A stretch of DNA of 64,000 nucleotides from Syntrophorhabdaceae bacterium (GCA_963666485.2 CAXXUO010000003.1:64001-128000), one strand, 5' to 3'. Positions 8,764 to 18,516 are shown, counted from the stretch's first letter. Notes: generated from the letters alone by a model not told the origin. A program made the numbers and translations.

Positions 8764-11751
8764 ATGGCTCACAGGATAGAGATATCGTACAAGGAAGGTC
8801 TCCTGGACGTCCCGGGGGAGAAACTGAAACGCCGGATCAAATCGGACCTGGGCCTTCAGGTGGAAAAAGTTCATGTTGTCGAGGTGTACACGATCGACGC
8901 GGACCTCAGCGACGAGACCTTGAGCGTTTTGAGCAATGAGGCGTTCGTGGACCCGGTCATTCAGAAGGGGCTTCTCAACCAGGCGACGGATGGGGAAGGG
9001 GATTGGGTTGTCGAGGTTGGCTATAAGCCGGGTGTTACGGACAACGTCGGCCGTACCGCGAAGGAAGTCGTCGAGGCGATGGCGGGCCGGGAATTCACGG
9101 AGGACGAGGCGGTCTATAACTCGCGGATGTACTTCCTGAAAGGCGCGATCACCGAAGATGACGTGCATAACATTGCCGTCGATATCCTTGCAAACGTCCT
9201 GATCAACCGCTACGCCATGAAATCCATTGTGCAGTACAAGGCGGACGGCGGGATGGGTGTCTTCGTGCCCAAGGTTGCCATTACCGCCGAACCGGTTGTG
9301 GAGCGGATCGATATCGGGTCGATGACCATCGATGAATTAATGCTTATGAACCGGGAGAGGACGTGGGCCCTGTCCCGGGACGAACTGCTCGTTATACAGG
9401 GTTATTACGCCGATCCCGCGGTCGTTGCCGCGAGGCAGACTGTCGGGCTCGACGGCCGGCCGACGGATGTGGAGATCGAAGCCCTCGCCCAGACCTGGTC
9501 GGAGCATTGCAAGCACAAGATATTCAACGCCCTCATCGAATATGAAGAGGACGGGAACACGGAGATCGTCGACAGCGTCTTCCAGACGTATGTGAAGGGT
9601 TCGACCGACGAGATCCGCCGGAAGAAGGGAAAACAGGATTTCTGCCTGTCCGTGTTCAAGGACAACGCCGGGGTGATCAAGTTCAACCGCCGCAACAACC
9701 TGGCCTTCAAGATGGAAACGCATAATACTCCGTCCGCACTCGACCCGTACGGCGGGGCGTTGACGGGCATTGTCGGCGTCAACCGGGACCCGTTCGGGAC
9801 GGGCAAGGGCGCCAAACTGTCCTTCAACATGGACATTTTCTGCTTTGCGGCGCCCGACCATAAAGGGACGATACCGCCGCGGCTTCTCCACCCCAAGAGG
9901 GTGCTGGAGGGGGTCCGCGAGGGTGTCGAACACGGCGGGAACAAGAGCGGCATACCGACGATCAACGGTTCCCTTGTCTTCGACGAGAATTATCTCGGGA
10001 AGCCGCTCGTTTTCTGCGGCACCTGCGGCATCATGCCGGTCACGATACGGGGCGAGGCGTCGTATCTCAAGCAAGCGAATGTCGGGGACCATATCGTCAT
10101 GGTCGGCGGCAGGATAGGGAAGGACGGCATCCATGGCGCCACTTTTTCGTCCGAGGAGCTTTCCGAGGTTTCCCCTACGAGCGCGGTCCAGATAGGTGAC
10201 CCCATCACCCAGAAGCGTATGACGGATTTCCTGCTCATCGCCAGGGATAAAGGATTATACAGTTCCATAACCGACAACGGCGCCGGAGGGCTTTCCTCAT
10301 CGGTCGGTGAGATGGCTGAAGACACGAACGGGTGCGTCATGAACCTCGAAAGGGCACCCCTCAAATATCACGGGCTCTCCCCCTGGGAGATACTCCTGTC
10401 CGAGGCGCAGGAGCGCATGACCGTGGCCGTGCCGCCAGAAAAACTGCAGGAATTCATGCGGTTATCACACAAAATGAACGTCCTGTCGACCGTCCTCGGT
10501 GAATTTACCGATTCCGGGCGTTTCCATGTGCTCTACAACGGCAAGACCGTGGGGTACCTCGACATGGAATTCCTCCATAACGGCCTGCCGAGAATGAACC
10601 TCAAGGCACGCTGGGAGCGCAGGATCGTGGACGAAGAGCCCCTGCCGGAACCGAAGGATTACGCCGCGGCCCTGACATCTGTCCTTGGCCGCTGGAACGT
10701 CTGCAGCAAGGAATACGTCGTTCGCCAGTACGACCACGAAGTCCAGGGCTCGAGCGTGATCAAACCGCTCACCGGCAAATACAATGACGGCCCGACAGAC
10801 GCAGGCGTCGTTGCCCCCGACCTGGGAAGTAACACGGGGGTGGTTGTCAGCCACGGGATTTGCCCCAAGTACAGCCGTTTCGACACCTACAACATGGTCG
10901 CATGCGCCATAGACGAGGCCGTCCGCAATAACATCGCGACAGGCGGTTCCCTGAAAAGAATGGCCCTTCTCGACAACTTCTGCTGGTCCGACCCCATCGA
11001 ATCCGAGCGCAACCCGGAAGGCGCCTACAAGCTCGCGCAGCTCGTCCGCGCGAACAGGGCGCTTTACGATTACACGACCCTCTTCGGGACCCCGTGTATC
11101 TCCGGTAAAGACAGCATGAAGAACGACTATATGCACAACGAGATCAAGATATCCGTCCCCCAGACGGTACTCGTGTCGTGTATTTCGGTGATAGATGACG
11201 TACATAATACCGTGACAATGGACATGAAGGAAGACGGGGACCTGATCGTCGTTGTCGGCAAAACATACGCCGAACTGGGCGGCAGCGAGTACTTCGCAGA
11301 GTTCAAGCGATTTGGCAACATTGCACCGCAAGTACACGGAAATATTGCTAAAAAGACGTTTCAAGCTATGGAAAAAGCCATACGGTCCGGCATCATAAGA
11401 TCCTGTCACGACATCTCCGACGGCGGCCTCGGCTGCTGCCTCGCGGAAAGCGCATTTGCGGGGGATGTGGGGGTGGAGGTGGATCTCAATGCGGTACCGA
11501 GTGAAGGGGTTTTCAGGGATGATATGCTGCTATTCTCGGAGTCGGCGAGCAGGTTCGTGGCTACGGTACGGGAAGGGGATCTGGCAGTTTTTGAAAAGAT
11601 CTTTAAGTCAGTGCCGTTTGGGGTAATTGGAAAAGTGCGTTCCGAAAAAGCCCTGAGGATCGTTGGACTGCGGGGAGATGTGATTATTGATACCGATATC
11701 AATTATCTCAAGAAGGCGTGGCAGGAGCCTTTCAAGAGGATTTTTGGGTAG
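8764..11751 (+). CDS. purL: Phosphoribosylformylglycinamidine synthase PurL (N-terminal PurS-like region, no glutaminase domain)
   Basis: AQTWSEHCKHK, ETHNTPS, DNGAGGLSS, ISGKDS, HDISDGGL motifs. Confidence 0.95.
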   Translation: MAHRIEISYKEGLLDVPGEKLKRRIKSDLGLQVEKVHVVEVYTIDADLSDETLSVLSNEAFVDPVIQKGLLNQATDGEGDWVVEVGYKPGVTDNVGRTAKEVVEAMAGREFTEDEAVYNSRMYFLKGAITEDDVHNIAVDILANVLINRYAMKSIVQYKADGGMGVFVPKVAITAEPVVERIDIGSMTIDELMLMNRERTWALSRDELLVIQGYYADPAVVAARQTVGLDGRPTDVEIEALAQTWSEHCKHKIFNALIEYEEDGNTEIVDSVFQTYVKGSTDEIRRKKGKQDFCLSVFKDNAGVIKFNRRNNLAFKMETHNTPSALDPYGGALTGIVGVNRDPFGTGKGAKLSFNMDIFCFAAPDHKGTIPPRLLHPKRVLEGVREGVEHGGNKSGIPTINGSLVFDENYLGKPLVFCGTCGIMPVTIRGEASYLKQANVGDHIVMVGGRIGKDGIHGATFSSEELSEVSPTSAVQIGDPITQKRMTDFLLIARDKGLYSSITDNGAGGLSSSVGEMAEDTNGCVMNLERAPLKYHGLSPWEILLSEAQERMTVAVPPEKLQEFMRLSHKMNVLSTVLGEFTDSGRFHVLYNGKTVGYLDMEFLHNGLPRMNLKARWERRIVDEEPLPEPKDYAAALTSVLGRWNVCSKEYVVRQYDHEVQGSSVIKPLTGKYNDGPTDAGVVAPDLGSNTGVVVSHGICPKYSRFDTYNMVACAIDEAVRNNIATGGSLKRMALLDNFCWSDPIESERNPEGAYKLAQLVRANRALYDYTTLFGTPCISGKDSMKNDYMHNEIKISVPQTVLVSCISVIDDVHNTVTMDMKEDGDLIVVVGKTYAELGGSEYFAEFKRFGNIAPQVHGNIAKKTFQAMEKAIRSGIIRSCHDISDGGLGCCLAESAFAGDVGVEVDLNAVPSEGVFRDDMLLFSESASRFVATVREGDLAVFEKIFKSVPFGVIGKVRSEKALRIVGLRGDVIIDTDINYLKKAWQEPFKRIFG

Positions 11752-11758
11752 TTCTTTT

Positions 11759-11786
11759 CGTAAAACGTAAAACGCAAGATGTAAGA
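11759..11786. repeat. Heptamer array CGTAAAA/CGCAAGA
   Basis: Starts 7 nt after the purL stop; 11759-11775 is the exact reverse complement of 7874-7890. Confidence 0.9.
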
Positions 11787-11997
11787 AGTGGCGCAAGAAG
11801 TAGCGGAACTCCCCACATCACTCGTCATCCCATAACTCTCGCCGTCATCCCATAGCTCTCGCCGTCATCCCGGGCTTGACCCGGGACCCAAGGTTTTAAT
11901 ATAATTTTACGCACCAAACACGGCATCTCGCGCACCCGTGTGATCAGATCACCTAGTTATTTCAAATCCACTAATAAAATAGCTTGAGAAAAAAATC

Positions 11998-12303
11998 ATG
12001 GATAAGCACCCATGCGTTTATATTTTGACCAATAAGAAGAACGGCACCTTGTACGTTGGTGTAACCTCGAACCTGGCTAAACGTATATGGCAGCATAAAA
12101 ACCGTTTAATCGATGGTTTCACCAAAGATTACGCTCTTGACATGCTGGTCTGGTTTGAAGTGCACGATGCAATGGAATCGGCAATCCTAAGAGAGAAAAG
12201 GATTAAAAGATGGCGCAGGAACTGGAAGTTGGAACTGGTTAACAAGTTGAATCCCTATTGGCATGATCTATATGATGAGTTGGTTACAGAATCAAAAAAA
12301 TGA
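11998..12303 (+). CDS. Short GIY-YIG nuclease family protein
   Basis: CVYILTNKKNGTLYVGVTSNLAKRIWQHK...AILREKRIKRWRRNWKLELV...NPYWHDL. Confidence 0.92.
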   Translation: MDKHPCVYILTNKKNGTLYVGVTSNLAKRIWQHKNRLIDGFTKDYALDMLVWFEVHDAMESAILREKRIKRWRRNWKLELVNKLNPYWHDLYDELVTESKK

Positions 12304-12338
12304 AAAAAAGCAAAACCTTGGGTCCCGGGTCAAGCCCG

Positions 12339-12642
12339 GGATGACGGCGAGGGCGAAGGATGACGGCGAGGGCGAAGGATGACGGCGAGGGCGAAGGATG
12401 ACGGCGAGGGCGAAGGATGACGGCGAGAGCGAAGGATGACGGCGAGGGCGAAGGATGACGGCGAGGGCGAAGGATGACGGCGAGGGCGAAGGATGACGGC
12501 GAGGGCGAAGGATGACGGGGAGAGCGAAGGATGACGGGGAGGGCGAAGGATGGCGGGGAGAGTGAAGGATGGCGGGGAGAGTGAAGGATGGCGGGGAGAG
12601 TGAAGGATGGCGGGGAGAGTGAAGGATGGCGGGGAGAGTGAA
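12339..12642. repeat. Tandem array, 16 x 19 bp (GGATGACGGCGAGGGCGAA grading to GGATGGCGGGGAGAGTGAA)
   Basis: Units counted at exact 19-nt period; no spacers. Confidence 0.97.
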
Positions 12643-12906
12643 GCGATGATAACGGGTTGGATGGGATGGCGGCGAGAGTTATGGGATGACGGGCAGGTTG
12701 GCTGGGATGACGGATAAAGAAAAAGATGGCAGATAGATAGGGCGGGAATGATGGGCAAAGGATGAAGTTGGAATGCCGGGGAAAAGGCAGAACCTGGATC
12801 CCGGTGTCAAGCACCGGGATGACGAGGGGGGGTCAATTGTAGGGTGGCTAATAATGGAATAAATAAACCGGAGACAATGCAATATCTCCGGTTTTAGAGT
12901 TTTTTC

Positions 12907-12938
12907 AACGTAGAACCTAGAACGTAGAACCTAGAACG
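12907..12938. repeat. Heptamer array AACGTAG/AACCTAG
   Basis: Four alternating units ending about 6 nt from the panD stop. Confidence 0.9.
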
Positions 12939-12943
12939 TTTTT

Positions 12944-13321
12944 TTAATTCACCGCCTGCAGCAGCTGCGTCTTGATCCTGTTCGCCCCGTCCACGTACAC
13001 CTTGGCGGGTTTGAATTTTTCAAGCTCTTTCTCATCAAATGTTGCGTAAGTAGCTATTATGATTATGTCACCCTTGCGTGCTTTGTGCGCGGCGGCGCCG
13101 TTTATACATATCACGCCGGATCCTTTGTCCCCTTTTATCGCGTATGTGGTGAAGCGCTCACCGGATGTGACGTTGTAAATGTCAACCTGCTCATATGGGA
13201 TGATGTTCGCGTTGTCCATGAGATTTGAGTCTATGGTAATGCTTCCCTCGTAGTCAAGGTTGCTGTCGGTTACCGTGGCTCTGTGGATCTTGCCCTTCAT
13301 CATGGTCCTTCTCATTGTCAT
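12944..13321 (-). CDS. panD: Aspartate 1-decarboxylase
   Basis: KIHRATVT...YEGSITID cleavage site; NGAAA. Confidence 0.97.
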   Translation of the reverse strand: MTMRRTMMKGKIHRATVTDSNLDYEGSITIDSNLMDNANIIPYEQVDIYNVTSGERFTTYAIKGDKGSGVICINGAAAHKARKGDIIIIATYATFDEKELEKFKPAKVYVDGANRIKTQLLQAVN

Positions 13322-14163
13322 GCCTCCGTTAAGATTGTGTTATCTATGAGTCTTGTTTTCCCTATGCGGCACGCTATCGCAATGACGGCTTTTTTGCCAA
13401 CTCGCGAGATATCCTCGAGCGTCGTAGCGTCACATATGTCTATATATTCGACGTTAATGCCATCTTCCTTCTGAAGCATGTCATTGACCGTCTTTTTGAT
13501 CGCCCCGGTGTCGTGCTCTCCGGCCTTGAACATTTCCTCGGCTTTTTTTAGCGATGCGCTGATGGCCAGGGCTTTTCTTCTTTCCTCGGCGCTGAGGTAG
13601 GTGTTCCGCGAACTCATCGCAAGGCCGTCGGCTTCGCGGATGGTCGGGTGGGGAACTATTTTCACGTCCTGGTTGAGGTCCCGGACCATGCGTTCAATGA
13701 CGGTGAGCTGCTGGTAATCTTTCTGTCCGAATACTGCGTAGTGCGGCTTGACTATATTGAAGAGCTTCGTGACGACCGTCGCGACCCCGGTGAAATGGCC
13801 GGCCCGGGTCTTGCCGCAGAGGTGGTCTTCAAGCTTTTTGACCTCGACGTACGTGGAGAAGTCTTTTTCGTACATCTGCCCGTCATCGGGGTAGAAGATG
13901 ATGTCCGTATTTTCCTGCTCAAGGAGCTGGGAATCGCGTTCAAAATCGCGGGGATAGCGGGAGAGGTCCTCGCTGGGGCCGAACTGTATCGGGTTGACGA
14001 AGATGCTGACGACGACCACGTCCGAGATCTTCCTCGCGGCCCTGACGAGCGCCAGATGTCCTTCGTGAAGGTAGCCCATCGTCGGGACGAAGCCTATCGT
14101 TTTGCTCTTTCTGAGCTCGTCGGCGGTGCGCTGCATTTCGGAGACGGTTCGTATGATCTTCAT
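13318..14163 (-). CDS. panC: Pantoate--beta-alanine ligase
   Basis: [29 protein letters not shown]. Confidence 0.97.
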   Translation of the reverse strand: MKIIRTVSEMQRTADELRKSKTIGFVPTMGYLHEGHLALVRAARKISDVVVVSIFVNPIQFGPSEDLSRYPRDFERDSQLLEQENTDIIFYPDDGQMYEKDFSTYVEVKKLEDHLCGKTRAGHFTGVATVVTKLFNIVKPHYAVFGQKDYQQLTVIERMVRDLNQDVKIVPHPTIREADGLAMSSRNTYLSAEERRKALAISASLKKAEEMFKAGEHDTGAIKKTVNDMLQKEDGINVEYIDICDATTLEDISRVGKKAVIAIACRIGKTRLIDNTILTEA

Positions 14164-14164
14164 A

Positions 14165-14959
14165 TTAATGAAATGACTGGCTGTCGTCCGGGAAATCCCC
14201 CGATGCGACGTCGCTTATGTACTCCTTGACCGCGTTGGTTATATCTTCAGTAAGGTTCCTGTACTGTTTGACGAACTTCGGGCGGAAGCTCCCGAGAAGG
14301 CCGAGGACGTCGTGTATGACAAGGACCTGCCCGTCGCAGTCGGGCCCCGCCCCGATGCCTATCGTCGGGATGGTGAGCATCTCGGTTATCTCTTTGGCGA
14401 GTTGTCTTGGCACGCATTCGAGAACGACCATGAATGCCCCGGCCGCCTCGATGGCCCGTGCGTCCGCGATGAGCTTCTCGACATCTTTTCCCTTACCCTG
14501 GACCTTGTACCCGCCCATACGGTGAATGGACTGCGGTGTGAGGCCGATGTGGGCGCACACGGGGATGTCTATATCAACTATTGCTTTTATCGTATCGTGC
14601 ATGTTGACGCCGCCTTCGAGCTTGACAGCCTCGGCGCCGCTTTCTTTGAACATCCTGCCGGCATTGCGTTTTGCCTGTTCAATGCTTTCCTGGTAGGACA
14701 TGAAGGGCATATCTATGATCACGAGGGCTTTTTTAACGCCGCGTGCGACTGCCCGTGTGTGGTGGATCATTTCATCGACCGTGACCGGGATCGTGTTCTG
14801 ATATCCCAGAACGACCGGGCCCAAGGAATCCCCGACGAGGACCGTATCGATCCCCGCATCATCCATTATTTTGGCCGTCGGATGATCGTACGCAGTGAGC
14901 ATGGCGATCTTCCTCTGACCTTTCATGCCCCTGAGTATCGGTACGGTGACTTTACTCAT
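14165..14959 (-). CDS. panB: 3-methyl-2-oxobutanoate hydroxymethyltransferase
   Basis: LTAYD, LVGDS, VKLEGG, HIGLTPQ, GIGAG. Confidence 0.97.
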   Translation of the reverse strand: MSKVTVPILRGMKGQRKIAMLTAYDHPTAKIMDDAGIDTVLVGDSLGPVVLGYQNTIPVTVDEMIHHTRAVARGVKKALVIIDMPFMSYQESIEQAKRNAGRMFKESGAEAVKLEGGVNMHDTIKAIVDIDIPVCAHIGLTPQSIHRMGGYKVQGKGKDVEKLIADARAIEAAGAFMVVLECVPRQLAKEITEMLTIPTIGIGAGPDCDGQVLVIHDVLGLLGSFRPKFVKQYRNLTEDITNAVKEYISDVASGDFPDDSQSFH

Positions 14960-14976
14960 ATGTACAACCTCTAAAA

Positions 14977-15009
14977 TAAAAAAGCTTTCCAGACCATGTC
15001 CAGAAAGCT
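14977..15009 (-). terminator. Intrinsic terminator/attenuator in the panB leader
   Basis: AGCUUUCUGGAC-AUG-GUCUGGAAAGCU stem followed by a U tract, upstream of the panB RBS. Confidence 0.8.
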
Positions 15010-15025
15010 AGCGATTGTCACTTCG

Positions 15026-15069
15026 AGCCTTCCGTCTCGGTCCAGTTTGGATCCAAGCGGCATCCGGCT
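15026..15069 (-). ncRNA. pan RNA motif (cis-regulatory hairpin)
   Basis: CCG-CUUGG-A-UCCA-aac-UGGA-CCGAG-A-CGG hairpin with two bulged A, closed by AGCC/GGCU, upstream of panBCD. Confidence 0.75.
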
Positions 15070-15154
15070 AATATAAAACAACCAATCCAAATAAAAGTCA
15101 ATATTTAATTCTAAAAAGCTAAAACTTCTTTAAGCCGTCAAGATAAGGGCGCTT

Positions 15155-15349
15155 TTACGCACCCTTATTCTTGTATTCATCGTACCTCAGCATCATGATG
15201 AAGGCCTCTTCGTCGTCGAGGAACTCATCATAGCTCAATTCCTTTATAACCTGGCTCGAGCCGCAGTTCGGGCAGAACAGTTCAGGCACTTCGCCGTCCA
15301 GAAAGGAGTATCCGCACAATTTACAGATATATTCGTCAGGTATTCTCAA
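15155..15349 (-). CDS. Small zinc-ribbon/rubredoxin-like protein
   Basis: AGGAGG RBS with TTG start; CKLC...CPNC; acidic tail. Confidence 0.7.
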   Translation of the reverse strand: MRIPDEYICKLCGYSFLDGEVPELFCPNCGSSQVIKELSYDEFLDDEEAFIMMLRYDEYKNKGA

Positions 15350-15419
15350 TGTTGCCTCCTATGCTACACCCACATAATATACTTATAGGGGAAATTTCTC
15401 AATGACAATCTTGGGCCGG

Positions 15420-16073
15420 TCAAAAGAATTCGTTGATGATCATCTGGAAGTTTTTCTGGATCACGTCCCGGCCGCGTATCGCGTCGCCGTGTCCCGGGAG
15501 AAGGTACTCAATGTCGAGGGCCGCGAGCTTGGCGATGCTGCGGGCGAGTTGTTCGATATTGCCGCCCGGCAGGTCGGTCCTGCCGACCCCCATGTAGAAG
15601 AGGGTGTCACCCGATATGAGGAGCTTCTTTTCTTCGCAGTAAAGGCACAGCGACCCCGGGGAATGACCGGGCGTCTCGATGACCTTGAACCGGGTATCGC
15701 CAATCGCCAGGTCGCCCTCGGTGAGGTAAAAAGAATAGGGCTTCCGGGGCAGTGCGCACCCGGTCATGAGGTACAGTTCCTTGCCCCCGTTGTTGCAGAA
15801 GTCGTATTCCGTCCTGCCGATCGCCCGCATCGTTTGTTCATCGAATGCCTCGGCCGCCTCGATGTGGTCGGGATGGGAATGGGTGCCGATGACGAGCTTC
15901 ACCAACTCGATATTCTTGCCGTCACGGGCCATGCCGTTCATGACATTGCCCAGGAAATTCTTGTGGCCCGGGTCGATGAGGGTCGGTACCGGCCCGTCTA
16001 TGAATACTGTGTTGCAGTTGTTGGCCTCATACGATGTCCACGGGTAAAGATAAATATTATCAAGGACTTTCAT
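15420..16073 (-). CDS. MBL-fold metallo-hydrolase
   Basis: THSHPDH, TPGHSPG, SGD, PGHG. Confidence 0.92.
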   Translation of the reverse strand: MKVLDNIYLYPWTSYEANNCNTVFIDGPVPTLIDPGHKNFLGNVMNGMARDGKNIELVKLVIGTHSHPDHIEAAEAFDEQTMRAIGRTEYDFCNNGGKELYLMTGCALPRKPYSFYLTEGDLAIGDTRFKVIETPGHSPGSLCLYCEEKKLLISGDTLFYMGVGRTDLPGGNIEQLARSIAKLAALDIEYLLPGHGDAIRGRDVIQKNFQMIINEFF

Positions 16074-17074
16074 TGTGCCTCCTGTTGAATGAGCAGGGCA
16101 TCGCTGTCAATCTCCCGCATGTCGAACGAAAAGCTCCTGTCGGCCCCGTCATGGATGCCGATCGTTGCGCTGGGCGGTACATCCTTTCCGTAACGGGCGA
16201 GTATCAGGGCCGATGTCAGGAATGTTCCCTCGTCGGGCGTTAAGGCTTTCAAAACGCCGAGCGGTCCCCGGAAGCTTACCGGTTCGAGGCGGATGTAGGG
16301 GTTGCCGGCAAATGCGGCGAGCTGTTCATTTTCGCGCTCGTTGCGCGCGACGATCAGTTTCGCGGTCGGCGATACCCTGAAATGGCGCCCGATGGTCAGA
16401 AGTTCGATGTCTTTCGTCGTATAGTCAGGGTCGGTCGCCATAAGGTTCTTCAGTTTTATCGAGAAAATGGGGTCCGTGAGAAGGCAGCCGCCCCCCGGCA
16501 GTTCGAACTCCTTGAGCTTATATTTCTCAACGAGTTCATATTGCACGTGCCGTCCCCGTCCCGCGTGGTTAAGCAGCTTCTCCCGGTCCAGGATCCCTTC
16601 CTGTTCGGGTATACTCGGCGGGAAAAGCTTCGCCGAGAGCGGCCGGACGATCAAGCCCTTCAATTCGCTGCGCTTCTCGATCAGTTCGATCGTATTGCGC
16701 CGCTGGGACATCGGTCTTTGCCCCAAAACCTCGCCCGTGACCACGAAGGACGCGCCGACATCCGGCATCATCTCCCGTGTCAGGTTCAGCATATATATCC
16801 TGCAGTCGATGCACGGGTTCATGTTTTTTCCATACCCGTACCGGGGATTCTTCACGATCTCGATGTAATCCTCCCCCTTGTCCCGGGAGATCATCTCGAT
16901 ACCGAGTTCTTTCGCCGTCTGTACAGCCCTGTGGCCGCGCAGTTTGTCCCGTTTGCTCGCAAACATAGACGAAAAATGAAGCCCGATAACCTCGATCCCC
17001 TGTTCGAGGATCAATTTCGTAGCAACCGCGGAATCGAGTCCGCCGGAAATGAGGGAGATAGCTTTCTTGTTCAT
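16070..17074 (-). CDS. PP-loop tRNA thiouridylase-like protein (ThiI/MnmA-related)
   Basis: SGGLDS PP-loop, NPCIDC, GEVLGQRPMSQ, GGCLLT. Confidence 0.8.
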   Translation of the reverse strand: MNKKAISLISGGLDSAVATKLILEQGIEVIGLHFSSMFASKRDKLRGHRAVQTAKELGIEMISRDKGEDYIEIVKNPRYGYGKNMNPCIDCRIYMLNLTREMMPDVGASFVVTGEVLGQRPMSQRRNTIELIEKRSELKGLIVRPLSAKLFPPSIPEQEGILDREKLLNHAGRGRHVQYELVEKYKLKEFELPGGGCLLTDPIFSIKLKNLMATDPDYTTKDIELLTIGRHFRVSPTAKLIVARNERENEQLAAFAGNPYIRLEPVSFRGPLGVLKALTPDEGTFLTSALILARYGKDVPPSATIGIHDGADRSFSFDMREIDSDALLIQQEAQ

Positions 17075-17081
17075 TTTAAAT

Positions 17082-17301
17082 CAGTAAGGAGTGAGGAGTA
17101 AGGAGTAAGGAGAAAAAGACCAACGATAGGTCGTCATCCCGGTTTACCGGGATCCAGTGTCTTTTCTTTTCACTTTCAACATAGGAAATAAAGTAAAGAC
17201 GCTGGATTCCGGCGCAAAAGCCGCCGGAATGACGGGGTGAGTTGTTCCTATGCTCTAATCCTCATTATTTCTTCAAACTCCTTACTCCTTACTCCTTACT
17301 G
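17082..17301. repeat. Heptamer-armed cassette (AGTAAGG/CCTTACT arms) enclosing an inverted type-2 REP pair
   Basis: Arms 17082-17112 and 17277-17301; REPs 17132-17164 and 17195-17234 with TCCAG(T/C)GTCTTT tails. Confidence 0.93.
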
Positions 17302-17304
17302 TCT

Positions 17305-18516
17305 TTACTGCATCTCCTCCGGTGTTCTCTCGTCAAGCGTTACGAGACTGATCCCTGAGTCAGGGCCGGGCAGGGGTTCAACGGGACTGGTGAGCGTGAA
17401 GCTTCCGCTCTCTATCCAGCCCTTCAGGGCGGAGGCGATCTCGCGGGCCTTCGCATAACTCGAGATGGGGAAGGTAGGTACTTCCTTGCCTTTGACGGTT
17501 ATCTTGCCTGACTTCAATTGCGCATACGTGACCTCACACAGGCTGCCCGGTATGCGCTGGGGATAATCGTGGGAATAATCAACCACCTGGGCGTAAAAAT
17601 CTTCATCCGCCCGGGAGGTGAAAAATGCCATCTCTTCGTCGAGGATGGGAATGGGGATGCCGAGACCGACGAACATGGTCGCACCGTACCCGAGGAAGCT
17701 GGCTCCCCGCAGGTAGTCCCCGGACATCTTCTTGGCGTCTCCGATAACGGCCAGGGTCCCGGCGCCGCCCTTCGGCAGCCCTTCGGGAGTGCGCGGGCCG
17801 CACGGGCTGTGCTGCGTTCCCTGCCAGGCCACATACCCGATGCCGCCTCCCAGGAATATCCGCGTGCCGATCCCGATCGTCCGGTACTTGGGGTCTTTAA
17901 GGAGCGGCGACAACTGTCCCGCGCTCGAGTAGTTCGCGCTTCCCAGGTTTGGCTTGATCACGCCCATGTATGTATGAATGACACGGTTGGAAACGTTCAC
18001 CCCGACATTGTAGTTCTGGTAGCTGTTCCGGGGGCTGTATATATATGCCTCGTTGACCGTTTCCTTGTTGATGTACGTCTCTATCTTCTTCCGCGGGTAG
18101 CAGTCCGTCCCGTACGCGGTCGCTTCGAGCCTTATGGCCTTGCCGCTGACAAATTCCTCGATGACGTGTCCTCCGCCGTACTTGAAGGTACCGGGATAGA
18201 CCGTGTTCCGCGGGTCGGTGTCCGGCATTGCCGTCGCGCCTATGTAGATATCGACGGCTGCGACGCCGGTATATGCAGGGACATCATTGAGATAGCACCT
18301 GCCGCCCCCGATCTTGATCCTCGGTTTGGAGTGGCCTAAGTTCATGAACATACCGCTTGAGCACATGGGCCCGAACGTCCCTGTCGTCACGACGTCGATC
18401 TGCTGGGCCGCCTTCTTCGTCCCGTTCTTCTTCACGACATCGATCATCTCTTCAGCTGTGACGACAACAACCTTGCCCTTCTTAATCTTCTCATTGATCT
18501 CAGCGATAGTCTTCAA
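17305..18516 (-). CDS. Homocysteine biosynthesis protein (DUF39, aspartate-semialdehyde sulfurtransferase family)
   Basis: DVVTTGTFGPMCSSG, GTDCYP, RNSYQNY; start reassigned to TTG 18516 after GGAGG. Confidence 0.88.
   Translation of the reverse strand: MKTIAEINEKIKKGKVVVVTAEEMIDVVKKNGTKKAAQQIDVVTTGTFGPMCSSGMFMNLGHSKPRIKIGGGRCYLNDVPAYTGVAAVDIYIGATAMPDTDPRNTVYPGTFKYGGGHVIEEFVSGKAIRLEATAYGTDCYPRKKIETYINKETVNEAYIYSPRNSYQNYNVGVNVSNRVIHTYMGVIKPNLGSANYSSAGQLSPLLKDPKYRTIGIGTRIFLGGGIGYVAWQGTQHSPCGPRTPEGLPKGGAGTLAVIGDAKKMSGDYLRGASFLGYGATMFVGLGIPIPILDEEMAFFTSRADEDFYAQVVDYSHDYPQRIPGSLCEVTYAQLKSGKITVKGKEVPTFPISSYAKAREIASALKGWIESGSFTLTSPVEPLPGPDSGISLVTLDERTPEEMQ

Larger units (their letters stand above)
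11823..12824. mobile_element. REP-flanked GIY-YIG element 1 (REPtron-like) with tandem arrays
   Basis: 40-bp perfect IR 11858-11897/12312-12351 around the nuclease; two 20-mers on the left; 16 x 19-mer on the right; further REP at 12794-12824. Mobility is inferred. Confidence 0.7.

Noticed and set aside
11998..12303. UvrC fragment or intron homing endonuclease
   Set aside because: Stand-alone ~100-aa ORF with no UvrC domains, no DNA-binding extension and no interrupted host gene
12339..12642. CRISPR array
   Set aside because: Contiguous 19-bp units with no unique spacers and no cas genes in the window
12284..12882. ORFs 12284-12814, 12330-12758, 12679-12882
   Set aside because: Low-complexity translations of the tandem array
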